Assembly (NCBI RefSeq): GCF_027921745.1
Contig: NC_079238.1
Coordinates: forward strand, 3,782,001-3,846,000
Direction: 5' to 3'
Length of the DNA stretch: 64,000 nucleotides
Source of the DNA: Schizosaccharomyces osmophilus
Taxonomy: Eukaryota
The translations under genes and the position numbers were made by a program. The notes under the pieces were generated by a model. It ran no database searches. It saw only the letters and a list, made by a program, of their open reading frames with translations, and was not told where the DNA came from. Below, one piece after another: positions 37,425 to 49,593 of this stretch (positions within the stretch are counted from its first letter, which is position 1; each line of letters starts with the position of its first letter).

Positions 37425-39404
37425 TCAACCACGGGATAAAGAGAGTAATGATTGATGAATAGCTTTATAATGCTTCCTCTTCAAATAAGAAATTAAATCA
37501 TCCTGAAAAGAAGTCCAAGACTGGGCTAAATGAAACTTTCTTTGAAGTTCTAGATATCTCGGTTTTGTCAAACTCATCAAGGGAATTCGAATGAAAGTAG
37601 GGTCATCTTCTTGTTTCTTTATTAAATACTGCAACGTATAAAAAGAGAACTGAGCACCAGATGTCAAAGACCAGATATTGTTAGAATTAGACTTAAAATT
37701 ATTCACCGATTGTAAATTTAAATTAGAAAAGATAGCATCAATAAATTCTGATTTTTCTGCATTTTCTAGTAAGCAACTTGTCATTTGTCTGTGAATAACT
37801 TTCAAGTGTTCTCGTAAATCTTTTTGGTCTTGATTTCGTAAATTTTGTTCTGCTGACTGTATTAATCGAAAGCTGGTCTCAATGGCATAAGGAGAGCTTT
37901 TTAAGGAAAGAAAATTTACTAACTTCTCAATCGCCATATTTTCTGGCCATATATGAAGCTTTATATCACTTATGGCATTTAAAATGTTTGTCATAATCAA
38001 GGCCGAAGGAGCAAAAAGTTTGTCGTTCCAGAGAAATACATTTAACAAATGAAATAAGTGTGAAAAAATGTTTTTTAACAGAATACCTTTCAATTCAAGC
38101 TTTTGCCTCGGATTTGTTTTGTTGACGAGACGCAATGTCCAAACGGATATGTAATTTAAATGCAGTTGGCATTCTCTTAAAGGTAACTTTTCAGTGTATA
38201 AGTTAAGTTGTTTAAAAAATTCGGTGTACTCTTGATCATTTCTTGCAATATCCAGGCAGGTCATTAAGTGGCATATAGCTTCATATTCCTTGAACGACAA
38301 GGAAGGCTTCATTAAGTATTGTCTTATAAAATCGTAAAGAAATGACAATGAGTAGTTGGAGTATAACAAATGCAGGTAGAGAAAACGAAAAAGTTCAAGG
38401 CGTTGTTCAAGGGTTCCATAATCTAATAGTAATCCGGAGTAAAGAGTAGCATATAACCATTCTGTTAGTCTGTTTATCAAAGATGAGTCGTTTAAAAGGC
38501 GATAGTATAGGAAGAAAACGTTACTATGAAGAACTGCCGCAACCTGGTTTGGTTGTTTAACTTTTTCAAACGTAGAAGAGAGTTGTTGAACAGTAAAAAT
38601 TTCATTCAAAGGAACATTCTCAATTTTGTTTTCCATAGTAAGTAATTCTGGAATTAAGCTTGGTACTCTTTTGCGCTTCTCAGATAATTGTTGCATACTT
38701 TGAGAAGGCACCGTCGAAGAATGAATTAGGTCTGAAGCTCTTGCAATCCAACAAAGGTCCATCTTCCATGGAATAGACCCTTTTTGTTGAAAGGAGCCAA
38801 TAATAACGTCGGGATAATGCTGTTTGTAAGTGTATAGCAGCTCAAGGATATAAGGATCGTTGGCATTTCCAGGTTTTTGATATAAGGACAACAGCTGGTA
38901 AATCCTAAACCGTTTTATATAAGAGTGTTTGGTCGTCAAAATAAGTAAACGCACAAGAGAAGGACGGAGGGTGACATAGTCTAGGAAATGAAACAAAACG
39001 CCATAGAACCTTGCAAACCGATCTTTGTCTTCTAAAAATTCATACACATGAGCTAACCAGCTCAATAGCTTCTCTTGGTACGCATAGGCATGACGGACTC
39101 CATAAGGATCCAAACTGCTTATAATTTTGACGGCGATGGAGTGAGACACGAACTGCTTCGGATACAAGCTTTTTATAATAATAGTCTGTTGACTTTTGTC
39201 AAACCTTGTTTCAAAAGACAAAGCTACATTGAGCAACGCTTCAATTGCTTCATTTGTCAAGCCTTCCTGAGAAGCCAAACCTTGGAATTGTCGTAAACGA
39301 TTAGAAATAGCTTTTTTAGAACCTGTAGGAAATTCAGAGTTCCTCATTATCCACTCTATCCCATCTTGTAAATCATAAAACCCATGACTTTGATTTTCAG
39401 TCAT
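37425..39404 (-). CDS. mis6: Inner kinetochore CENP-I ortholog Mis6
   Basis: 659-aa helical protein with IKSLYP, LLSWL, FYGVLFHFL and IKRFRI motifs; syntenic position. Confidence 0.88.
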   Translation of the reverse strand: MTENQSHGFYDLQDGIEWIMRNSEFPTGSKKAISNRLRQFQGLASQEGLTNEAIEALLNVALSFETRFDKSQQTIIIKSLYPKQFVSHSIAVKIISSLDPYGVRHAYAYQEKLLSWLAHVYEFLEDKDRFARFYGVLFHFLDYVTLRPSLVRLLILTTKHSYIKRFRIYQLLSLYQKPGNANDPYILELLYTYKQHYPDVIIGSFQQKGSIPWKMDLCWIARASDLIHSSTVPSQSMQQLSEKRKRVPSLIPELLTMENKIENVPLNEIFTVQQLSSTFEKVKQPNQVAAVLHSNVFFLYYRLLNDSSLINRLTEWLYATLYSGLLLDYGTLEQRLELFRFLYLHLLYSNYSLSFLYDFIRQYLMKPSLSFKEYEAICHLMTCLDIARNDQEYTEFFKQLNLYTEKLPLRECQLHLNYISVWTLRLVNKTNPRQKLELKGILLKNIFSHLFHLLNVFLWNDKLFAPSALIMTNILNAISDIKLHIWPENMAIEKLVNFLSLKSSPYAIETSFRLIQSAEQNLRNQDQKDLREHLKVIHRQMTSCLLENAEKSEFIDAIFSNLNLQSVNNFKSNSNNIWSLTSGAQFSFYTLQYLIKKQEDDPTFIRIPLMSLTKPRYLELQRKFHLAQSWTSFQDDLISYLKRKHYKAIHQSLLSLSRG

Positions 39405-39774
39405 GAGGTAACAGAAAGGTAGTACACATTACTATCCCAGCCTGCACAAATTAAATTAGACCTTTAGTCGGCTGCCTTTTTTCCAGTAATAAAAAAGTAA
39501 GTAAAAAAATAAAAGGCTTCATTATTGGTTTGAGTCTAATGAGAAAGCCGTGAAGAAAATGTCCGTTCAATCATAGAAATCGGAATCTGCTCATACTTCA
39601 GTTGGTGCTAGAATTACTTTTTTCCGGTTTATATCTTTCTACTTATTATAATTTTAATGCTCTTTCACTCTTTACCTTTACCTTGAAAAAACGAATATAA
39701 TAGACAATTACTAACTGGCAGTTTTGGCAAACTATTTATAACCCTCAGCAAAGTAGTTACCTATTTTATACAAA

Positions 39775-40619
39775 ATGAAAGTCTTCTTAATTCGTCACGG
39801 TCAAACAGAGCAAAACAAAGTCGGAATTTTGGTATGATGAGATATAAAGAACAAATTGTTCTCGTCTATACCCATTCAAACAGTCCGTTAACATTCTCTT
39901 TAGCAAGGATCTGTTGATACAAGTTTGAGTGAAACCGGTCAACTCCAAGCGAAGTTGTTGGGCTCCAGACTTTCGAGTCTGGACATTGATCAAATCTTCT
40001 GCAGCTCAATGAAGCGTTGCCGCGAGGTTTGTAAATCGATAACTTCAAAGTTTACAAACTCACATAACTACAGACCATTAGACCTTTACTTGAACTACGA
40101 CCCGAGATTCCTATTGAATATTCAGATTTGATCAGAGAAGTAAGTAAACATTATAATCATACTTTACTAACTTTTACTAGAGGATCTATGGAGAACTGGA
40201 AGGTACATTCTTTATTAGTTTACCTACAAAGATTTTGAAAGTGCTAACTTACTATAGGAATGAATGTGGTTGAAGCAAAACGCCTTATGGGTACCAAACA
40301 CCCTGATCATTATGGAGAAGGTTTTTCAAGCTTAAAGCGAAGATTGGTAAAATTTTGGGAGGAACAGGTTGTTCCTTTACGCGGGGAGAAAAAATGTATA
40401 GTTGTCCTGTGCCATGGAGGTGTTATTAATGCTCTTCGCGCTCATTTTATGGAAGAAAAGGGATATACATATGATAATACTAAATTGGAGAAGAAAATTC
40501 TTACTGTCAACACTAGCATTACAGAAGTCGAGGTTACTCCTGAAGGTACAGGACATATCTATACTTTCGGAGACGCTGCTCATTTAGAATCAGAGGAACA
40601 TGGCCGTCTCATTGTTTAG
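39775..40619 (+). CDS. Histidine phosphatase / phosphoglycerate mutase family protein (TIGAR-like); 5 exons
   Basis: MKVFLIRHGQT, CSSMKRCRET, IRERIYGELEG and VLCHGG motifs; four canonical introns. Confidence 0.92.
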
Positions 40620-40995
40620 AAATATCATCTTCGGGAGTTAATTGTTTTTATTGCCTCGGTTTTAATTCACCGAAATCATTTTCGTTTTAGAGTCAATTCA
40701 TTTTGTCTAGAAAATAAATGTTCGTAATCGTATATAAAGCAAGAATCCATGAATACCGGAGTTGGACGCGGCGTCATATGATGCTTAAAAAAGTTGTGAT
40801 ATAAACACATGAAATAAAAAGTATTCGTGGTGATAGCCATAGCAGTGTTCTCATAAACAAGCCAAAATCCATTATATCGTAGCAGAGGTATCATAAAAGT
40901 CGTTTAAATATAAAAATCCTTTAACTTATATACAAAATGCTTTCGAACAAAACATAAAGAATTTACAATCATTATAATTCACACGCCTCTGGATA

Positions 40996-43146
40996 TTAGT
41001 CGCTCTTCTCGTGCTTTGTTTCCTTTGAATTATCGGTACGTGATTTAAGGCGATATCGTTCAACAGACATGATCAGATGTTTACCATAAGTGTATTTTTT
41101 AAGAGCTGAGATATGTGGGTATATATAAGATATTAGCAACTCACGCTCTTTATCGTTTGAAGCCTCCAGAAGCCTTTGAACCACGTAGTTCGCGTACTTG
41201 TCTTTCATCATCAACATTAAAATGCTAACATTGTCAACTTTCTCAGTTAGCACCTTCTGGATGATAAAGGCACGATCATCTTCTGAGATGTAAGAGATAC
41301 ATCTCTCAACAACATTCGATGCGAACTTATGACAACTCAAATACAGCAAATTTTTAGCTATTAGATTAAAGACAAACTTCTTGTCCTTATTAGTACCTTC
41401 CTTCATTATGTGCTGAACAACATAGTTACCATACTGACCTTGCGTCAATTGTAGAGAATAAGGAAGAAGATCTTTAATAATAATTTGACGTTTATATGAG
41501 AACTTCTCAATAATTCGTTGAATTACTCGACAACCATAAGGATGAGCAGACAACACGTGTATTTGAGGTCGCAAAGCCTCAAAAATAAAAACAAGCCTTT
41601 CTGAGTCTATGCATTCAATAGACTTTTGAATGACATGGTTTCCATTTTGGTCACAAACACACTCCAAAACATGGCCATCCAATTCACTAATAATTCCAAT
41701 TTGCTGTTCTGTAGAAATATGCTCTATAGCCTTTTGTACAACACGGCAACCATACATGTGGACGGCTAATATAAAAGTGTGGCCCTTGATTCTGGAAACT
41801 AAAAGCTGCTTTTGTTCATCAGTTCCGTACTCTAGAAATTTCTGTATAACATAATTTCCAAAAATGTCCATCATAAGTTGTAAGCAATTACTTGAAATAA
41901 TCTCCTTGAAAACAGCGCTTTTTTCTTCATCAGTGCAAGTTGCCAACTTCTGTTGTATAAACCTTGAGCCAAATTGATCACTGCTAAAAAGAACAACGTT
42001 TCCTAATATATCAGAAAGTTCAAATCGCTTCTTTTTGTTATTATGAAAGACATGCAGTAACTTGGATTGTGAAAAATAAGAAGGTCCGTGATTCTCCTTA
42101 GGCAACTGATCGTCAACGCTTGAGGTCGAATATGGAGTTGCTTTATCATCGAATGAAATATTGTCAAAACCATCTGCAGGAGGGAAATCTGGGCTTACAG
42201 TCACGTAAGGCCTTGCGGAATCCGACATATTGCGTTTTACCGTCGACTTAGAAACGGGGAAGAATGACTGATTTGGAAGAAGAGGTACGCAAGTACGGTC
42301 GGACTTTGCGGTCGGTGATATGTCAGAAGCAAGGGTTGGAGATGTTACAGAAACCGAATTCGTCTCGTTTACCAGGTTAGGAGGAGAAAGATAATTTACA
42401 TCTAGTTTTTCTTTATGGTTCGGTAAAGTTCCGGACAAGGGAGCTGTTTGTGAAATATTTGTCATATCGCCGACGGAAGAATGTGACATATGACGGACAG
42501 CACGTCGGTTAACAGGTTTCCAGAAATCAGAACGAGCTCTAGTATGGCGAGGCAAGATCCCGCATGAAGGTGTTTGAGAAATTCCACTAGAAAGGGTTCT
42601 GCCGAAATCCGCCTGTAAAGGCGGAACAGAGTTTTGTAAAGAATGGGGAAAGCGAACACCAGAATCGGAACCTAGCTGACCGTACAAATTGACCTTTGAA
42701 GGAGTGCTAGTGTCTTGGCTAAGGGCACTGCTTCTGCTATTCAAATCAACAAAGCTTTTGGGGTGAAATGGAGGTTCGGCTTTACCGAGGTAGTGAGGAA
42801 ACACGGGATCCTGTAAATTCGTTAAAGAAGAAAGAGGCGGTTTCGGTAGATGTTTGTTTCGAAAGGGATGAGCATTGTTCAAAGAGCACTCGTCAGTCGT
42901 TTCTTGGTTCAGAGACAGTTTATGAAAAGACGGGAAAGGATTGAAAAACGATGAGGAGTGATCGGAGTGATCATCACTTCCAGAAGACTGGGAATATGGC
43001 GACAGCGAAGAAAGCTTGTTTTCACGAGGTGATCCGTTTGATATTAGGCTTGGACGGCCGTTAGCATATCCGGAAGAAAAGTGAAAAGGGGCATTTTCAT
43101 TTACACCATCAGAAGCTTTTGCATTTGATTTTACAGTAGCATACAT
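40996..43146 (-). CDS. puf3: Pumilio-family RNA-binding protein Puf3
   Basis: Eight PUF repeats with recognition motifs SRFIQ, NYVIQ, CRVVQ, NHVIQ, CRVIQ, NYVVQ, SNVVE and NYVVQ. Confidence 0.95.
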   Translation of the reverse strand: MYATVKSNAKASDGVNENAPFHFSSGYANGRPSLISNGSPRENKLSSLSPYSQSSGSDDHSDHSSSFFNPFPSFHKLSLNQETTDECSLNNAHPFRNKHLPKPPLSSLTNLQDPVFPHYLGKAEPPFHPKSFVDLNSRSSALSQDTSTPSKVNLYGQLGSDSGVRFPHSLQNSVPPLQADFGRTLSSGISQTPSCGILPRHTRARSDFWKPVNRRAVRHMSHSSVGDMTNISQTAPLSGTLPNHKEKLDVNYLSPPNLVNETNSVSVTSPTLASDISPTAKSDRTCVPLLPNQSFFPVSKSTVKRNMSDSARPYVTVSPDFPPADGFDNISFDDKATPYSTSSVDDQLPKENHGPSYFSQSKLLHVFHNNKKKRFELSDILGNVVLFSSDQFGSRFIQQKLATCTDEEKSAVFKEIISSNCLQLMMDIFGNYVIQKFLEYGTDEQKQLLVSRIKGHTFILAVHMYGCRVVQKAIEHISTEQQIGIISELDGHVLECVCDQNGNHVIQKSIECIDSERLVFIFEALRPQIHVLSAHPYGCRVIQRIIEKFSYKRQIIIKDLLPYSLQLTQGQYGNYVVQHIMKEGTNKDKKFVFNLIAKNLLYLSCHKFASNVVERCISYISEDDRAFIIQKVLTEKVDNVSILMLMMKDKYANYVVQRLLEASNDKERELLISYIYPHISALKKYTYGKHLIMSVERYRLKSRTDNSKETKHEKSD

Positions 43147-45017
43147 GGTTGCTTAAAGCTGATAATAAAGACGTTAAAAAAAAACAATGAACAGCTTGAA
43201 TCACCAAAAATAGGAAGAACGAAAGAAAGAAGAGAACAGAAAAGATCAAAAGAGGAATAAAATAAAGAGAAATAGTCAGGAATTGAAGAAATGGTCGTTA
43301 AGAAAAAAAAACAAGAAAAAAACGTAGCGTTAAGTAAAAGTAAAATGAAACTTTTTAACAGGGCTTTAAAAAAGAATGGGAAAACGAATTACCATAAAAA
43401 GCTCAATGAAGAAGAAAATAAAATAAAAACTCAACGCTTTAGCGTTTGAAGAAATAGTAAGTCTCGATGCTATTGAATCACTCAGCTGAGAAATGCTGCG
43501 GATATCAAAAAGAAGTACTTGAAATAATAATTTAATCAAATAAAAACATCCAATTTGTATGGAATAAACGATGGAAACCGCAAGACACACTGAGGTACGG
43601 TAGAAAGAATCAATTCCGCATAAACAATACAAGCATTCAATGTTCAATTTTTTCTGAATTGAACAAGTCAAAAAATGAGTATATATTAAACAAATAGAAA
43701 TAAAAAACCGTTCAAAAACTGGTTAAAGCCCTCTTAGCTTTTCCTGGCCAACGAATTCCTTTTCTGGACGGGACTTAGGATCAAATAAGTGACACTAGTT
43801 TTAAAGGCTTGTATTTAGAATAATTCCTTTGGAACAACTGGATATAGCTTCCTTTGACTTTGCTTTGCTTAACGGAAGGAAATAGGCAAAAGGAGGAGGA
43901 AGAGGAAAAGCAGAACTTGAAGTAAGAAAAATATGAGGCTTCCTCACTAAAATGGTTCTCGACAAGGGAGAGCACACCTACACTCCGTTTATGTCATGCC
44001 ATTTTGAAAAAGGTAAATTGAACAACATAACCAAATTCAAGACTTTTGTAAATAGAATTACCTGAATTTTAAAACTCTTAGAAAAAAATAAATAAAAATT
44101 TTTCTCTTCCGATGAAGTCAGACAATATCATTTTCAGTGAATAACGAGATTTGGAACGCCCCTACAAACAAGAATTAATAGAATTTTCGTTGAATACAGG
44201 AGTAACAAGAGGAAACAGAAAGATGTCACAAGTGAAATTAGCGTAGTTATCTCTCACTCTCACACGTTACATGATCATACTGTAGTCTATAAGTTTAGAA
44301 TTCATGCTCGTATCAGAAAATTCAGTGACCAATACTAGAATTTGAGGAGGTGGAAGTATTGCTTATCCTTTCATCGGGAACAGTTGAATCGTTGGTTAGA
44401 GCCTTTAAAATGGATGATATCTAGTATTGTTCATTCCCTCTGGAAATTGGTTTCATGAACGAAGGACCAAGGATTGACTCAATGAGGGAAAAGTACCCCT
44501 GTAAACAAATAAGATTTAATGTCAACAAAGAACACAAAGACAAAGAGATTATCTTGTCTTAGGCTTGGACTTGGGCTTGAGGCTCAGATATTTTTGCGAT
44601 CAGTCCTCATTTGGAAAAAAAAAGACAAAGGGAAGAGCAAGGAATGAAAAAGGAAAAGGTAGTTTCAATGAATCCAGAAATGAACAGTTCTGTGAGAGAT
44701 AAAGGGAATAATAAATTTTTAAAAGGTTAAAATGTTTCGACTACCAATTTTAAAACACAAGATGAACGTCCAGCGTTAAGTCAGCAGGTTTAAAGGTTCA
44801 TGACAATTGAGAATGAATAGTAGGATTTAAAAGAATGAGACCAAGAGCCATTGTAAAAATTCAAAAGAAAATGTATTAAGAATGTTTTTGAGCAAGAAAC
44901 AAGATTCATAACCAAACGAATTGTACAACAATTGTCCTTTCCATCCATGATTAGAGGATATCGTTTCATGGGAAGCTACGAAAAATCATCCATTGAAAAA
45001 TCTGTATCATAAAGTTT

Positions 45018-45486
45018 TTACTGAGGGGGGGCATTTTGTTCACCAATTTTCTTCATGTGCTCACCTAGAACCTTGCTAGTGTCAAAGTACTTGGCGACGC
45101 AGCGGTCAATACAAACGCTTTCACCTTTGGTCAACTCGGCTTCCTTGTAGGGTGTAGCGATACACTTTTTATGGCAAGAAGACACCATTCTATTTTCCTT
45201 TGTTAACTTAAAAATCCTTCAGACCTGTCTAAGCGACAATGAACTAAGAAAACGCATGCATAACTGCATCCAACCCAGACGCTTCCTCTACTAAGATACG
45301 ACAAGATAAAATCGAAGAAAACAGTCTCCATGCCCTAGACTGTCATCGTTTCCTGGTAGTTCATTTCAAAAGAGACAAAACATACCTGTTGAAAATCTCC
45401 ACACTTAATTCAACTTCTTGCTCAGCCAAAGCAATGTTTTGAGGGTTCACAGACTGATTTCCCCTTCCGATTCCGAAAAACGACAT
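45018..45486 (-). CDS. tim10: Mitochondrial small Tim chaperone Tim10; 2 exons, missed by the ORF track
   Basis: Intron 45190-45385. Twin CX3C motif SCHKKCI...GESVCIDRCVAKY. Confidence 0.95.
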
Positions 45487-46338
45487 GTTGGCTGAATATG
45501 AATTTCAAACGATGAACCTGATGTTTTGGTTCTTCCTTATGGGCAAAAGTTGGGTCTGTCTCGTTTCTGCAGGTATCCAAGCTTCTTCAGGCATAGGTAA
45601 CATTTGAGTAACATCTAGAGAATGTAAACAAATGTTGGAAAACTTGGTTTTTAAATCACTCTGCAGGAGTCTAGAGATTCCTTGAAAGCAAGAAACCCCT
45701 TGTAAGTTTCATAGCTCTTGGAAATAGAATGGAATGTGTGCCTTAGTGGGTGGGAACATAGATGTGTCGTGGTGGATACTCAAGTCATTAGAGTAGTGAT
45801 ACTTATTTTGTTCCAGATCGTTGAAAAGGTCATGACTCTTACAGTTTTCTGATTCTCTTTATTCTAGATTGCCATTTCTAGAACCCGTCTTTGCTACCAT
45901 TCGAGGTTGCTCTCCGATCAAAAAGTCTTCTTGGGTTACTTGGGTAATTGTATACCTGAATTGTGCTGCATGCTTTTTCATGTGCAATGAAATCATCGCT
46001 CAAAGTCAAGACATTTTTTCTCTACTTTACTTTTGTTTACCAACAGCTGTTCGTTAGAGAATGTTATACGGCTTAAACTCATTTTTGTGCTTTGCAAACG
46101 CTTTCATAATCCATGCTTAACAACCTGCGTTTCAAAATGCAATCGTCTCACACTCCCATACACCGTAAACAAGCTACAAGAAGCATTGCTATGGCTCTAG
46201 TTTGGTAACAGAGTTACATTTCGTTCCCCTTTATAGTATAATCATTCAGAAAGCTTTTTGTATTTTCTTTCAGCTTACCTTTTTTGAGGCATCGTTTAAT
46301 TTACTAGATCATTTGAACATTGCGTATATAAACTCGAC

Positions 46339-46749
46339 ATGTCTGTTTCTCAACAATTGGCAGAGATTGCAGGGTATGTCTACAAATTCATTTCCAATAT
46401 TGGAAATTGGAATTAACTGTCATTGTTTAGCAACGAAAAAACCGTGATGTATGCCGCAGACAACAATTTGCAAGAAGTCTTTTGCTATCCCGAAGTTTCT
46501 GATAAACCGACGCTTATTCAATTAACAGATGCTTGCCTTCATGCACAAGAACTTGCCAAACATTTGGATTTCGGAAAAACAGTGTCAATCACTAACCACT
46601 ATTCTCGTGGTAGCTGTGTCTTACAAACAACCAGAGAGAAAAAAGACGGTTCAGGAAACATTGTGTCTACTACCATTGCGGCTCAGGATGTCTTGAGAAA
46701 TGCGTTAAAATCCAGTCGAGCATTAGACAAAGTAATCTCTCAACTCTAA
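46339..46749 (+). CDS. lam3: 117-aa roadblock-like protein, probable Ragulator subunit Lam3 (SPAC222.19 ortholog); 2 exons
   Basis: Intron 46374-46430 (GTATGT...TTAAC...TAG) gives MSVSQQLAEIAGNEKTVMY.... The name comes from recalled synteny. Confidence 0.65.
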
Positions 46750-47090
46750 ACGTTCATCCATGAAAAACTTATTTTGATCCTCTATATTATCTTTCTCCAT
46801 TTACGTAAAGTAATGAATCTTTTCTTGACAAAACAAAAGAGTCCTCCTTTGGTTTCAAAGATTTGAATTGGTTTCAGACGAACAATTCAACATTCATAAA
46901 CAGCACGGAACGCAACAAGTTCAAGTTGCACAATCTCTGAATTTAGCACTCAAAATATCAAAATAAATAATATTTAATTGAATAACTTATGTACAAACAG
47001 TAAGCATGAGTAAAGGCGAGGTAGGCGTTTGAATCCCTCTCTGTCTTGTCTTGAGTTCCTAGCTCTGGTACGTAAAAACTTAAGGACTAA

Positions 47091-47444
47091 TTACTTCAAA
47101 ACAATATCCGATGAACGAAGTTTCAGGTATTCTTGATCAACGCCTGATGGCAGTTCCCGAATCAAGCTATAAATTTCCTTATTGTGGTACCGTAGACGTG
47201 TCTTCGGATCAGTGTAGGGAGCTGGCAATCCTGTAACATCACAATACTTTGGTTGCGGAAGAATGCTTGGCGGTGCCTCTATAGAACTGTAGGACAATTT
47301 GGTGGGTTCATTTTGAATTGGGTCGTTTTGCAAGATTTGCTTCAAATTTCGGTTTCTTCTGGATTGTGCTTTATAGTTTTGATTCCGAAACGGTTTTGGA
47401 AGTAGACTAATATCTAGATTCTCGACTGTTGCTGATTGTTCCAT
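47091..47444 (-). CDS. ies6: INO80 complex subunit Ies6 (YL1-C domain)
   Basis: YSSIEAPPS...KYCDVTGLPAPYTDPKTRLRY...YLKLR motif. Confidence 0.95.
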   Translation of the reverse strand: MEQSATVENLDISLLPKPFRNQNYKAQSRRNRNLKQILQNDPIQNEPTKLSYSSIEAPPSILPQPKYCDVTGLPAPYTDPKTRLRYHNKEIYSLIRELPSGVDQEYLKLRSSDIVLK

Positions 47445-47679
47445 GGCTTTTTTGTGCTATGGAGTATGCGGTTTGTGATGTTGCCCCTAAGACGTCCGGT
47501 TTTACTAGATTTCTGACTCTAAATTTCAATCATGAAAGTAGACTTTTAGAAAAGGAAACGAATAAAATTGGGTTTTTCACGTAATGAATCTCGTGCAAAG
47601 TAGATATACAAGAACAACACTTTGTATTTTGAATGTAAACAAAAGAAAAAAACTTTTCCTGTATTTTATTTTACATGTC

Positions 47680-49181
47680 TTATTTTCCTACACAAAACCT
47701 AGAGAATATAATGTCAAACAAGCTTTCAACGTTCACTGCTCCAGTAATACGACCAATTTCATCAGCCGCGAGTTTCAATTCTTCCGCTGTTAAGACCACA
47801 TCGGAAGCGTGATCAAGAGACATTCTTAAATGTTTTATGCATTCTTTTAATGCTTCTCTCTGACGTTGATTCCAACCATACCCATCGCCCTGGTTGTTTT
47901 CAGCCTGCACATGGGAAATTATTCTGAAAGATGATGCCAGTGCATCAAGCGCTTGTTCAAGCCCCATATCATTTTTTACAGATACCTCATGGACATTAGA
48001 TACTGGGATGTCAAGGGCTTGATGCAAGTATTTGCGGACCGGGCTTGCTGCTTCAGATGCTCGCTGGACGAGGTCGGTTTTGTTCAATAGCACATGAACT
48101 TGCTGTTTCTGAGCTTTGTAATTTTTCACAAGGTCAAAAATTTGGGTTTCTAAAGCAAGAGATTGTCCGGTCCAGGTACCGGATGGTAATATAAGCAAAA
48201 CTACTTGAGCTTTTTCTGCCTTTTCTTTTGCAATTTCTATGCCAATGCTTTCAATCTCTTGAACATCTGAACCTTTTCGAAATCCAGCCGTGTCGGTCAA
48301 GAAAACCGGAAAGCCGTGAATATCGAGCAAGGTCTCAATAGCATCTCGAGTAGTCCCTGGCTGTTCATTAACAATAGATACTTTTCGCTTGGCCAAATAA
48401 TTCACCAAGCTTGATTTGCCAGCATTTGGTGGTCCGACCACAGCTACTCGAATGCCTTGTCGAAGAATTTCTGTTGGTCTGGCCTTGGACAAATGACGTT
48501 CCATTTCACCCGTTAAATCCAGGATTTCTTTAAAAATAGGTTCAAATTCTTTTTGGTCCAAATCATGCTCTTCAGAAAAATCAATCGTAGCCTCCAAAAG
48601 CGCTCTGCATTCAAGTAGCTTGTTCCTCCAACGAAAACATAAACGATATAGGTCGCCATGTGCTTGTTGTGATACAGAATAAAGTTGTTCTGATGTTTCG
48701 GCATCAATAGCATCAGCAAGTCCTTCCAGTTGAGTCAAGTCGGTTTTTCCATTGTAGAATGCCCTTTCTGAAAATTCTCCAGGCAATGCATATCGTAAAT
48801 TTGGCAAATTCGTTCGCTCAATTGCATCCAACGCTTCCGTAACAATTGCCCTGCCACCATGCAAATGAAATTCCACTATGTCTTCTCCAGTAAACGATGC
48901 TGGCTGTTGAAAATATAAAATTAGCGCCTTATCAACAATCTGAGACCGGGTAGGGTGTTTTATAGTTTGCAGAGATGCCAAGCGCGGCTGTGGTATCTTT
49001 CCAGTCAGTTTTTGGAGTACCTTTAAGCAAGTTAGTGTGTGTCTACGGAGAAGGAACTACTCACCTTGCTGGCAGAAGGCCCAGAAATACGGACAACTGA
49101 AAGAGCTGCGCGACCTGCGGGAGTCGATAAGGCATAAATCGTTGGCACAAATTTAGAAATGCCTTGAAGTCGCTGCATCAT
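47680..49181 (-). CDS. mss1: Mitochondrial tRNA wobble-modification GTPase Mss1/MnmE; 2 exons
   Basis: TIYALST...RISGP, SFTGED, GPPNAGKSS, GTTRD, DTAG and NKTD motifs, C-terminal FCVGK. Intron 49021-49064. Confidence 0.96.
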
Positions 49182-49593
49182 AATAGCACAATTTCAATCT
49201 TCCATGCAAAGGAGTCTTACAGAACAAACTCGTATTTGTTACAAGCTTTTTTGATAATTTCAACAAACGTACAGAATGGAGCACCAAAAAAGAAAACCAA
49301 GATGAAATGAATGGAATAACACTTATCAAAAATGTTTATAAGGTGTAACGAATCTAAATTTTTCTCATGCTAACCCAAAAGTTCTCACTTACTATGCTGC
49401 AGAAAATGAAGTTTACCGAATAATAGAAAGGCCCTTTAAAAAACCTCACATCTCCTTACCAAGGTACCTGGGTTTTCTGATGGAGTATTGTAACGTTCTG
49501 TTAGAAGTCTCGTTGTTGCTCGCTACAATACTCTATCCTATACTCACTCTGAATTTGCAGAAGGAAAGAGTTTGCCAAACACCATCTGCCAAA

